Shown: positions 19,901 to 26,956 of the stretch, one piece after another
How the letters are laid out: every line of letters begins with the position of its first letter
Numbering within the stretch: the first letter of the stretch is position 1
Sequence record: KJ019086.1
Reading direction: 5' to 3' (one strand)
DNA: 64,000 nucleotides
Translations under genes and position numbers: made by a program
The notes under the pieces: model-generated
What the model was told of the DNA's origin: nothing
The model's input: the letters and a program-made list of their open reading frames with translations, nothing else
The model's database searches: none

Positions 19901-21145
19901 GATACAATTGGTAGCCCACTAACACAGAGAGTTGATGTTTCCTCTAGTAGTTTGACAATTCAGGACTCTTCCTCATTCTCCACCTTTGAGGGTATTACTA
20001 CCAGTATTGGTTATGCTCTAGTTGGTGGTGAGATTATTGAATACTCCAACAGTGGTAGTGGTACTATTGGTATTACTTCTAGAGGTGTAGATAATAGTAT
20101 TATTTCTACTCATAACGCTGGTGAGAGAGTATTCAAGTATGAACTCAGTGGTGTATCACTAAGGCGTATCAATAGGGAACATTTGATTCCTAATGATAGT
20201 CTCTTAGGTAATACTAGAGAGATTAATAACTTACCCATACAGATTAGTAGAAGTCCAAGAGTATCTGGTAGAGATCAATTGAGCTTCAATCAGGAACAGA
20301 CCGCAGGTGGAGCATTTGGTAGATCCTCTCAAAACTATGAGTATACTAGAATCCTACCCAATCTAGCAGCCTTTGGTTTCGGTGATTCTACTAGTATTAG
20401 ATCCGTAGCAAGAACCATATCAGGTACAAGTGCTGGTGGTTCTGAAGTATCTTTCCTAGATCAGGGAAGTATACCTGTGAATCTAAACACCTGGAACACT
20501 TTCCCCAGTGTGAGAATGGTTGCTTCTCAGGTCAATGAGATTGAATATCTACAAGATCTTCCTAGACAGAAGTCGTTTACACTAGGGTTGACACTAACCA
20601 GTACAGATCCCAACCTCTCTCCAGTAGTTGATCTTCAACAGGTTAGTTTGATTACCTCTAGAAACTCCCTAAACAAACCAATCACCAACTACGCAGATGA
20701 TTCAAGAGTTAACTTACTAGTAGGTGATCCTCACGCTTCTATCTATGTTTCACAGGTGATCAACTTAGAAACACCAGCTACCTCACTTGAGGTCATCATT
20801 AGTGCTTATCGTGATGTATCAGCTGACTTCCGTGTTCTCTATAGGTTGTATGGTCCCAACTCCAATAACTCCACAGAACCAACTTGGGAGTTATTCCCTG
20901 GTTACACCAACATGCTAGATACTACTGGTGATGGTGTTGGTAATAGAATTATTGATCCTTCCAAGAACAATGGTTTACCAAATGCAAGAGTTAGGGATAG
21001 TAACATTGGTGAAGTTCTAGAGTATGGTTACCACGTAGATGAGTTATCTGAGTTTTCTGGTTTCCAACTTAAGATTGTCTTTAGTGGAACCAATGAAGCA
21101 AGACCACCACTATTTACCGATATTAGAGCAATCGCGTTGGCTTAA
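13925..21145 (+). CDS. Large virion structural protein, VrlC/DUF4815-like (2406 aa)
   Basis: N-terminus NLDTSPYFDDFD...YYKVLFKPGFPVQARELTTLQSILQNQ, DPLAQTF motif and C-terminal DIRAIALA, characteristic of the cyanophage VrlC-like protein. Confidence 0.8.
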   Translation: MSQINLDTSPYFDDFDPSKDYYKVLFKPGFPVQARELTTLQSILQNQVSNFGKHLFKEGSMVIPGSITYNAKYESIVINKQQGGIDVSLYASRLVGKTIQGKTSGVTAKVINFLLPPNNGVTSPTIFVSYINSGSDAATTVFDNNEELISTSDIVYGNTTITAGTTFASTISTLSTAVGSAAQIRDGIYFIRGFFAQVRESVVILEPFSNTPSYRVGLQITEQVITAGQDNSLYDNAKGFNNFSAPGADRLKISTKLIKKPLDDYNDTNFVELLRVDNGEVKKIAENSDYNIIKDYLAQRTYEESGDYTLFGMGIKVAESLSDNLGNGGVYQFDQKTEQGGTPTDDLAVVKVSAGKAYVRGYDINNPGTVNLDINKPRTTENVEASSVPFEMGSKFFINNVTGTPVIGLDVNDNIVELYNGRVDGAGSSTGDLIGESRVYSYSLEDAPYTGPSTPWNLYLYDTQIFTKLTLNVDATGNILTSYKVRGLSSNATGYVRSVSTTEVVLTQVSGEFIRNEAISVNGKISSSLSVSLVDSYRNNDVRSISQASSSLDPNIEVDFSADTLQYSAIPTGFTASDSVTITTGGVVTCPGRIFDAFRVGDVIGYQKAGSEVITYNQVLSLNATNTSITVDAVANVAGVCDGTLPSSETRSGIRLYNSRLLNQEISQLYATLEERNISSVDLASSSLTFAKQINNLSTDASGVLTVNVSDLDVSGAVFEAFDQERYSIHYSNGTTQSLSSSQVTITSSTAEFTNLLPSQTTNVTLNCTAIKTGIKSKTKVLLRSQLLEVTKASSGISTVAQGLGQNDYYGLRVDDEEISLNVSDVTNIVAVYESLDDGTPTFDVLGFVNGLELDTRVAVGEQIKGDVSGAIARVVTVATPASVNIVYLTESTFEVGELVTFMESKIETNLQSITEGNYSNITNRFTLDKGQREQFYDYSRLVRNKNAKAPNKRILIIYDRFAVPVNDKGDFYTANSYSEEDFSKGVPMLAGGTLRASDTLDFRPRVAAFTSLNSSPFNYTSRDFGDNGNTVILVTKPSESMVLGYSYFVGRRDRIVLGSNGKFSVIEGTPAEFPTLPTIGDGVMELAQITYPPYLYYIEDVQIIEVDNRRYTMRDIGKLEDRIENLEEVTSLSLLERETESLQVLDEDGNDRFKSGFFADDFTNAEFIDNDYEDTNIDVEPATSSLVTRQLFSTIPLRAQLSESIDENIVDLSDNLPLVDTNLQKTGDIVTLSYVEVPWITQPLSSRTENVNPFNVILFNGSITLNPASDDFVITRQIPGNTQTIDVFGDGNSSNFDQTFVESVETAQWMRSRNIAFHGRGIKPFTQFYAFFDGTSGIDIIPKLIEITMTNGAFSVGERVVGTTGGRRIFAARVATPNHKEGTFNSPDRTFETNPYNRDAQLASSYSASSTVLNIDTNSLADITDSRFFGYITPGTRLVGQSSGAIADVTEVKLIADTFAELYGAIWLRDPYASPTPSFRLATGVRTLKLTSSTTNAQSTLGGTTISFAESNFQSSGLVQNRQTDTTVVTVRPLPPPPPPIIIDQTVTIVNNNTTVIDNTVTQNIDNTQTIIREVEVDDDDPLAQTFMVDETGAFLTSIDLFMATKSETDNLIVQVRTTELATPTNLLIQDFAEVVLSPDQVNVSEDGTAVTKVTFPSPIYLESGITYAVVLLAPTTDEYTSFIAVMGEENLSGEIDPNLDLNATLPEGSTQSNSNLPGTAIISQQYLGGSLFKSQNGTIWTPTQFEDLKFTLNKAQFNQTPGTLFLNNPPLTETGILPPDPIETLPRKLKVSVSSNTYNFSEGDIISSVGSGATNTALVTGDLETLGGPLATLDVTDPGVGFIDGSYSSVTVYPITSSGSGAELNVTISGNVITAATVTTGGSGYRVGDTIGITTADVGAAGGDSVLTLDTIGDTDTLFLTNVQGEKMVITESIKVYDTVTESLRTTGVDITTESEVLNPMYNGSIFVANIPNHGMEADNNVVSITDIQPDTIGSPLTQRVDVSSSSLTIQDSSSFSTFEGITTSIGYALVGGEIIEYSNSGSGTIGITSRGVDNSIISTHNAGERVFKYELSGVSLRRINREHLIPNDSLLGNTREINNLPIQISRSPRVSGRDQLSFNQEQTAGGAFGRSSQNYEYTRILPNLAAFGFGDSTSIRSVARTISGTSAGGSEVSFLDQGSIPVNLNTWNTFPSVRMVASQVNEIEYLQDLPRQKSFTLGLTLTSTDPNLSPVVDLQQVSLITSRNSLNKPITNYADDSRVNLLVGDPHASIYVSQVINLETPATSLEVIISAYRDVSADFRVLYRLYGPNSNNSTEPTWELFPGYTNMLDTTGDGVGNRIIDPSKNNGLPNARVRDSNIGEVLEYGYHVDELSEFSGFQLKIVFSGTNEARPPLFTDIRAIALA

Positions 21146-21369
21146 TGGGAAAGAAAAGGGTACAGGGTTACAATAACCTTTATCGTAACGAATCCGGTGC
21201 TATCGTTAATACCGATACCACTGGTTATGTTGCATACAAAAAGAAAAGAGATTCCTCCAAACTGAAACAGGATCAAATTGAATCCTTAGGAACTCAGTTA
21301 GAGGAAGCAAAGAATGAGATCAATGAGCTCAAGGATCTGGTCAAACAGATGATTAATAAGAACGTCTAA
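21145..21369 (+). CDS. Small conserved cyanophage hypothetical protein with C-terminal coiled coil (74 aa)
   Basis: Overlaps the previous stop; LYRNESGAIVNTD motif followed by a heptad-like tail. Confidence 0.75.
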   Translation: MGKKRVQGYNNLYRNESGAIVNTDTTGYVAYKKKRDSSKLKQDQIESLGTQLEEAKNEINELKDLVKQMINKNV

Positions 21370-21372
21370 ATA
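21366..21372 (+). promoter_or_regulatory. Late promoter variant CTAAATA
   Basis: Late-promoter-like motif 25 nt before a structural gene start. Confidence 0.6.
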
Positions 21373-21396
21373 TTAGAGTAATACTAGCTAATTCTC

Positions 21397-21930
21397 ATGG
21401 CAAGTGCCTACGTATCAAATATAACTATTGATCAGGGTGCTGACTTTTCTGCTTATTTCACATTAGATGATGCTGGAACCTCGGTTCCTATCAATCTAAC
21501 TAGATTTACTGCATATGGGCAACTTAGGAAACATCCTACTGCCCCTTTTGGTGTGCAGTTTGATATTAAGATCGCTAAGCCAAAAACTGGCGAGATTATT
21601 ATCTCATTGAACTCAGCACAGACCTCCGCTTTAGATGAGGGTCGTTATGTATATGATGTATATCTCAGAAGCACCACGAACGCTAAAGTGTATCGTGTTG
21701 TGGAGGGAATGGCACTAGTTAACCCCGGTGTAACCGACATGCAAACTGGAATTATCCCACCATCATACCCACCCGTCGCTATCGGACCAACTCCACCCGC
21801 AGATCCCATCGAAGGGAATCTCTGGTGGAACTCTGAAGATGGGCGTATGTATATCTACTATATTGATAAAGACTCAGCACAGTGGGTACAGACCAATCCA
21901 AGTAGTAAAGACACAGAGAGGACTAACTGA
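21397..21930 (+). CDS. Virion structural protein (BppU-like N-terminus; tail-fibre-type GNLWWNSEDGRMYIYY motif)
   Basis: NITIDQGADFS...GRYVYDV...RVVEG N-terminal domain plus the Pro-rich/W-W motif recurrent in cyanophage fibre proteins. Confidence 0.65.
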   Translation: MASAYVSNITIDQGADFSAYFTLDDAGTSVPINLTRFTAYGQLRKHPTAPFGVQFDIKIAKPKTGEIIISLNSAQTSALDEGRYVYDVYLRSTTNAKVYRVVEGMALVNPGVTDMQTGIIPPSYPPVAIGPTPPADPIEGNLWWNSEDGRMYIYYIDKDSAQWVQTNPSSKDTERTN

Positions 21931-22187
21931 TGGCAAACTTACTCGATCAAATCGGTCAGAGAAATGTTGTTAGGGTAGTATCCCAAGGTGTCCCAGCAAC
22001 ATTATCTGGACTTTCAGATACAGACTTTAGTGGTATTGGTACTGGAATGGTACCAGTATGGGATGGTGATGCTTTCACACCAATAGTAGGAGGTGCCAAC
22101 CAAAGTGTCTCCAATATCATTCTAACGACAAACCCAGTCACACACGCAACTGCATGGACTGATACTATTGATGGTGGATTCTTCTAA
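21930..22187 (+). CDS. Small hypothetical, probably structural (ends IDGGFF)
   Basis: Stop/start overlaps on both sides; the IDGGxF ending is typical of cyanophage fibre-associated proteins. Confidence 0.65.
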   Translation: MANLLDQIGQRNVVRVVSQGVPATLSGLSDTDFSGIGTGMVPVWDGDAFTPIVGGANQSVSNIILTTNPVTHATAWTDTIDGGFF

Positions 22188-23080
22188 TGGCAAAACCTCA
22201 CACACGACAAGAACTTGTCAATTATGGATTGAGGCAGTTGGGCGCTCCAGTTCTAGAGATTAATATTGCAGATGAGCAAATTGATGATCTACTAGACGAT
22301 ACTATCCAACACTTCCAAGAAAGGCACTACGATGGTGTTGTTAGAACATATCTAAAGTATGAACTAACAAAAGAAGATATTGCACGCGGTGGTGACATCA
22401 ATCCAATGGTGAATCCAGGTATCACTACAGTAGGACCAGTAACATATCCAAACCCACCCAAACAAGTAGAAGACAGGTACATAGAGAACTCCAATTGGAT
22501 TCATCTACCTGATTATGTTATCGGTGTTGAGAAGGTCTATGTACCCCGAGAAGCGACTGGTGGTGTAGGTGGATATATAAACCTGATTGGTCCCGATGGG
22601 GGTCTTGGAGGAGGTTGTGGCGGTGGCGGACTCGGTGGTGGTGGTCTAGCCGGTATGGGTTATCTTGGTGGTGGAGATATAATTTCATATTTTATGGCTA
22701 AGCAATGGATGGCAACATATGACTATATGTTCAACCCAGACGCTGCTATTCGGTTCAATAAGAGAATGGATCGTCTATATCTTGACATCAACTGGCGTCG
22801 CCTAACAGCAGGTGAGCTTATTGTTGTTGATTGCTACAGAGCACTTGATCCTGAACAATTTGTAGAAGTCTACAATGATAGTTGGGTGAAGAAGTGGTTT
22901 ACTGCTCTATTGAAAAAGCAATGGGGTCAGAACCTAATGAAGTTCAAAGGAACTAGACTTGCTGGTGGCATTGAGATGAATGGTAGAGAAATCTACGATG
23001 AAGGTGTCAAAGAACTTGAGATCATTAAGAATGATATGTCTAGTCATTATGAACTTCCTCCATTGGATATGATTGGTTAA
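22187..23080 (+). CDS. gp13: Neck protein gp13
   Basis: RQELVNYGLRQLGAPVLEIN, F.E.HYDG, WVKKW..AL.K.QWGQNL.KF motifs. Confidence 0.93.
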   Translation: MAKPHTRQELVNYGLRQLGAPVLEINIADEQIDDLLDDTIQHFQERHYDGVVRTYLKYELTKEDIARGGDINPMVNPGITTVGPVTYPNPPKQVEDRYIENSNWIHLPDYVIGVEKVYVPREATGGVGGYINLIGPDGGLGGGCGGGGLGGGGLAGMGYLGGGDIISYFMAKQWMATYDYMFNPDAAIRFNKRMDRLYLDINWRRLTAGELIVVDCYRALDPEQFVEVYNDSWVKKWFTALLKKQWGQNLMKFKGTRLAGGIEMNGREIYDEGVKELEIIKNDMSSHYELPPLDMIG

Positions 23081-23085
23081 GTAAA

Positions 23086-24564
23086 ATGGTTGTTAATCCC
23101 TTTTTCCTACATGGTTCCACTCAGGAACAAAACCTGATGCAGAATCTGGTCAATGAACAGATTCAAATGTACGGGATCGATGTATATTACATCCCTCGTA
23201 CATTTATTAGGGATGCGACCATCATGCGGGAGGTCACTTCCTCTGCATTTCGATCATACTTTGTTCTAGAAGCATACCTAGAGAACTTTGATGGATATGG
23301 TGGTCAAGGAGACCTCATGTCCAAGTTTGGTATTCAAGTCAAAGATGAAGTTACACTTACTATCTCTAGGGATAGGTATGAGAATTATATTGCCCCATTC
23401 CTGAACTCCAGGATGTTGTATTTGATGGACTCACCCCAAGATGATGGGCAAATGATGACCATCCAGAGACCCAAGGAGGGGGATCTAATCTACTTCCCAC
23501 TGGGTAGAAGACTATTTGAGATTAAGTTTGTAGAGCATGAGAAACCCTTCTATCAGTTAGGTAAGGGATATGTTTATGAACTTCAGTGCGAACTATTTGA
23601 GTATGAAGATGAAGTCCTCGATACAAGTGTCGATGAGATCGATAGTACTCTACTTAATAAGGGTTATATTACAACTATTAACCTTGTCCCCGTTAGTAAC
23701 AGAGCTGTTGTTACACCCAAAACTGGCACTGGATACATCACAGAACTAACTATCTTCAATGAGGGTAGTGGATATAAGTCACCACCTAGTATTGTTATTG
23801 ATCCACCACAACTGGGAACAGATCCTAGTGTTGTTGCACTACTCACTAGACCAGATTCTAGTACCCCTGAACCTGCCATCAAACAGGTTGTAGTATTTAA
23901 TAGTGGTTCTGGATATGTGGAACCACCTAGTGTTATTGCAGTTGGTGGTGAAGGAGAGGGTTCTATTATTAGAGCAGGTATCAATAGCCTATCTGATGGT
24001 ATTATTGATTTTGTTGTATCTGAGAAGGGTGCTGGTTATCCAGAAGATGTGGATATCATTGTATATGATGATGACAATAATATTGTGGCACAGGGTAAAG
24101 GGCTATCTGATGGTGATCAGATTGTATCTGCTATTATCACAAACCCAGGAAAAGACCTACCATCCAGTGTGAGGGCTATTGTGGCAAAACCAGCAGATGA
24201 GGGTGATGGTGTCTTTGTCTACAATGAGATTGTAGTGGGACAACAGTCCGGTATGAGAGCGAGAGTTCGTGGATGGGATCAACCCAATTACCAACTACAT
24301 ATCACTAACTTAGATCCCACTCAGAAGTCTATTAACTTCCAAGCAGGTGAGACTATTGTTGGTGAAACCAGTGGTGCCAAGTATTCCCTCAAGAACTTTG
24401 TGGATACACAATCCAAAGCAGACTTCTACTCCGATAACGATAATATTGGAAATGAGGGTGAGGATATTGTGAATACAGATGACGAATATAACCAATTCTT
24501 TGATACTAATAGGAACTACTTTAACCCTGATTTCAGTAACAACGATCCCTTCGGTGAACAGTAA
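23086..24564 (+). CDS. gp14: Neck protein gp14
   Basis: NPFFLHGS..EQNL, YYIPR, PKEGDLIYFP, FEIKFVEHEKPFYQLGK and terminal NDPFGE. Confidence 0.93.
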   Translation: MVVNPFFLHGSTQEQNLMQNLVNEQIQMYGIDVYYIPRTFIRDATIMREVTSSAFRSYFVLEAYLENFDGYGGQGDLMSKFGIQVKDEVTLTISRDRYENYIAPFLNSRMLYLMDSPQDDGQMMTIQRPKEGDLIYFPLGRRLFEIKFVEHEKPFYQLGKGYVYELQCELFEYEDEVLDTSVDEIDSTLLNKGYITTINLVPVSNRAVVTPKTGTGYITELTIFNEGSGYKSPPSIVIDPPQLGTDPSVVALLTRPDSSTPEPAIKQVVVFNSGSGYVEPPSVIAVGGEGEGSIIRAGINSLSDGIIDFVVSEKGAGYPEDVDIIVYDDDNNIVAQGKGLSDGDQIVSAIITNPGKDLPSSVRAIVAKPADEGDGVFVYNEIVVGQQSGMRARVRGWDQPNYQLHITNLDPTQKSINFQAGETIVGETSGAKYSLKNFVDTQSKADFYSDNDNIGNEGEDIVNTDDEYNQFFDTNRNYFNPDFSNNDPFGEQ

Positions 24565-24571
24565 CTAAATA
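24565..24571 (+). promoter_or_regulatory. Late promoter variant CTAAATA
   Basis: Intergenic, upstream of gp15, overlapping the short hairpin ataact/agttat. Confidence 0.6.
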
Positions 24572-24599
24572 ACTTATCTAGTTATTATCATTAATACCC

Positions 24600-25400
24600 G
24601 TGGGTGAATATTTTTATCATGAGATCATCAAGAGAACTGTTGTCGGTTTCGGCAATCTCTTCAATGGTCTTACTATCCAAAAGGTAGACAAGAAGCAAAA
24701 CGTCATTAACGTGATGAAGGTGCCTCTTGCATATGGTCCTACCCAGAAGTTTCTGGCAAAGATTACTCAGCAGGGTGAGTTAAACCAACCTACTGAGATT
24801 ACTTTACCACGTATGTCTTTTGAGATGAACTCTCTTGCATATGACGGATCGCGGAAGACCGCACCCACTCAGATGTTTAAGACACTAGATAACGGGGAGA
24901 CACTTAAAAAGGTTTATCTTCCAGTTCCATATAATATTGGTTTTGAACTTAATATTATGACCAAGTTGAATGAGGATGCTCTACAACTTGTCGAACAAAT
25001 TCTTCCATATTTCCAACCTTCCTTTAATATTACTGTCGATCTAGTTGATCAGATTGGTGAGAAGAGAGATATCCCTGTGGTACTCGACTCCATCAACTTC
25101 ACTGACGACTATGAAGGAGACTTCACAGGTAGACGTATTCTAATCTATACTCTATCATTCACTGCCAAATCCTACATGTTTGGACCTGTCAGTGAATCTG
25201 GGGATGGTCTTATTCGTAAGGTTCAGGTTGATTATCATACTTCAACCGAGAGGGATTCACCTCGTGAGGTTCGTTACACAGCCACACCAGACCCAGTTGA
25301 TGCCGAACCCACTGATGACTTTGGGTTTAGTGAAGAAACTGTAGTATACTTTGATTCTAAAGTATACAGTCCAACTCAAGGTGAGGATTACACTCCATGA
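24600..25400 (+). CDS. gp15: Tail sheath stabilizer / tail terminator gp15
   Basis: YFYHEII, VPLAYGP, LPRMSFE, QILPYFQP, RDIPVVL motifs; GTG start. Confidence 0.93.
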   Translation: MGEYFYHEIIKRTVVGFGNLFNGLTIQKVDKKQNVINVMKVPLAYGPTQKFLAKITQQGELNQPTEITLPRMSFEMNSLAYDGSRKTAPTQMFKTLDNGETLKKVYLPVPYNIGFELNIMTKLNEDALQLVEQILPYFQPSFNITVDLVDQIGEKRDIPVVLDSINFTDDYEGDFTGRRILIYTLSFTAKSYMFGPVSESGDGLIRKVQVDYHTSTERDSPREVRYTATPDPVDAEPTDDFGFSEETVVYFDSKVYSPTQGEDYTP

Positions 25401-25822
25401 GCTTTGAATCAATAGATGATGCACTGGATATTGAATCCAGTATTGTGAAAAAAGAAGAAGAGGTGGAGGTTACTCCTACCAATTCTAAAGAGAAACCATC
25501 TACTCCCCAAACTGAACAAGATTACAACTATAGTAGGGGACAACTCTATTCTCTCATTGAGAAGGGACAAGAGGCGGTTAACAACGCATTAGAACTCGCC
25601 AACGAAGGTTCTAGTGCTAGATCATATGAGGTTGTTGGTGGTCTTATTAAGAATGTCGCAGACGTTACTGATAAACTACTAGATCTCCAAAAGAAGGTTA
25701 AGGATCTGGATGAAATTTCAGTTACTAATAACCAAACCAATGTAACCAACAATTCGGTATTCGTCGGATCAACTACTGAACTCCAGAAGATGTTGAAAGA
25801 AGGATTGTTGAATAACGATTAA
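25397..25822 (+). CDS. gp16: Terminase small subunit gp16
   Basis: DYNYSRGQLYSLIEKGQEA, RSYEV, NNSVFVGSTTELQKML. Confidence 0.92.
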   Translation: MSFESIDDALDIESSIVKKEEEVEVTPTNSKEKPSTPQTEQDYNYSRGQLYSLIEKGQEAVNNALELANEGSSARSYEVVGGLIKNVADVTDKLLDLQKKVKDLDEISVTNNQTNVTNNSVFVGSTTELQKMLKEGLLNND

Positions 25823-25827
25823 CTACT

Positions 25828-26241
25828 ATGGCTTACGAAGAAGAAAATCAGTGTAACTCTACACCTGAGGGTGAAGATTGCCCTAAGCACAAGAAGAAGT
25901 GCTGCAATTCTGAGGAAAAGAAACGCAAAAAGGGGATGTACGGTCTCCAGGATGAGGATAGTGAAGGCGATGAGTCCTCACAAGAGAACGGTGGCATGCC
26001 TCAGGATAGTGCCAATGAGGAAAGACAACTTAACCCAGACACTGACCTGAAGGACATGTCCAGTGATAGTAAGAAGAGGGCTATGGATTCTTTCCGTGAA
26101 AGAAGTTCTGAAGCTAAGAAAAGAAAATCAGATAAAGATAAGAAGGATGAATTGGCAACTGAACGCATGACAAAGGGCATAAGGTTCTTTGACAAACAGG
26201 GTTCAGGTTATATTAAAAAAGGTAAAAAGAGTTACGACTAA
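25828..26241 (+). CDS. Highly charged hypothetical protein (137 aa), possible internal head protein
   Basis: Clean ORF between gp16 and gp17; Cys-rich N-terminus, K/E/D-rich middle, KGIRFFDKQGSGYIK tail. Confidence 0.7.
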   Translation: MAYEEENQCNSTPEGEDCPKHKKKCCNSEEKKRKKGMYGLQDEDSEGDESSQENGGMPQDSANEERQLNPDTDLKDMSSDSKKRAMDSFRERSSEAKKRKSDKDKKDELATERMTKGIRFFDKQGSGYIKKGKKSYD

Positions 26242-26243
26242 CC

Positions 26244-26855
26244 ATGACACTAATTAACGAACATAATCTTGGAGCTTGGAAAGCTTTAAACCCCCAAGAC
26301 AAAAGACTACAATCATTAACACTCTCAGAACTATTGGAGAATGCCGATCCAACTAGCGTAGATTTCAGTAGTATTACCTTTAAGGGTCGTACAGACGGTC
26401 TACTCGGAGATGGTCTCGATTGTGCTGAAAGTATTGGTTTTGTTGTATTTGATTGTGTATGTCTGTTCCTAGGAGCAGCAACACTAAGAGCTTCAGCCAC
26501 TGCTGAGGTAGCCGAAGATATGGCTAAAGCTGCAGAACCTGTTGTTAACCAACTAACACAGTATATTAGAACCATTTCTGATTCAGCATCATCAACATAT
26601 GATGTTGCTTATGCTGTGTTTAAGGTAATCTCTACCATCTACAGTGGAGGTGCTTTAGGTGCTGTTTGTGGTGTGTTCTTCACGTCCCTAACTTGGTACA
26701 ACGCTATTCTCTATGGAATGACTGCTGTTGGTACTATTATGGCTGCTTTGGCAACTGATGGTGCTGCTGAAATTGGTATTATTGTTGTGGAAATAGCAAC
26801 AGCTGGTTTCCTAATTTCCGACAGTGTTGCCTGCTCTAAAGCATGCAACTACTGA
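26244..26855 (+). CDS. Hydrophobic Ala/Gly-rich hypothetical protein with probable membrane helices (203 aa)
   Basis: ORF tightly packed after the previous gene; long hydrophobic stretches and six Cys. Confidence 0.75.
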   Translation: MTLINEHNLGAWKALNPQDKRLQSLTLSELLENADPTSVDFSSITFKGRTDGLLGDGLDCAESIGFVVFDCVCLFLGAATLRASATAEVAEDMAKAAEPVVNQLTQYIRTISDSASSTYDVAYAVFKVISTIYSGGALGAVCGVFFTSLTWYNAILYGMTAVGTIMAALATDGAAEIGIIVVEIATAGFLISDSVACSKACNY

Positions 26856-26859
26856 GTTG

Positions 26860-26866
26860 CTAAATA
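26860..26866 (+). promoter_or_regulatory. Late promoter variant CTAAATA
   Basis: Intergenic, 91 nt before the ATG of the 936-aa ORF. Confidence 0.6.
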
Positions 26867-26956
26867 TATCTGAAAGGCAATCTAGTCGTGGGCGGTATTT
26901 TAATATCGTTAACAATTGTCCATTGAAGCCTTTCCCACATTTACGGTTCAATAGAT

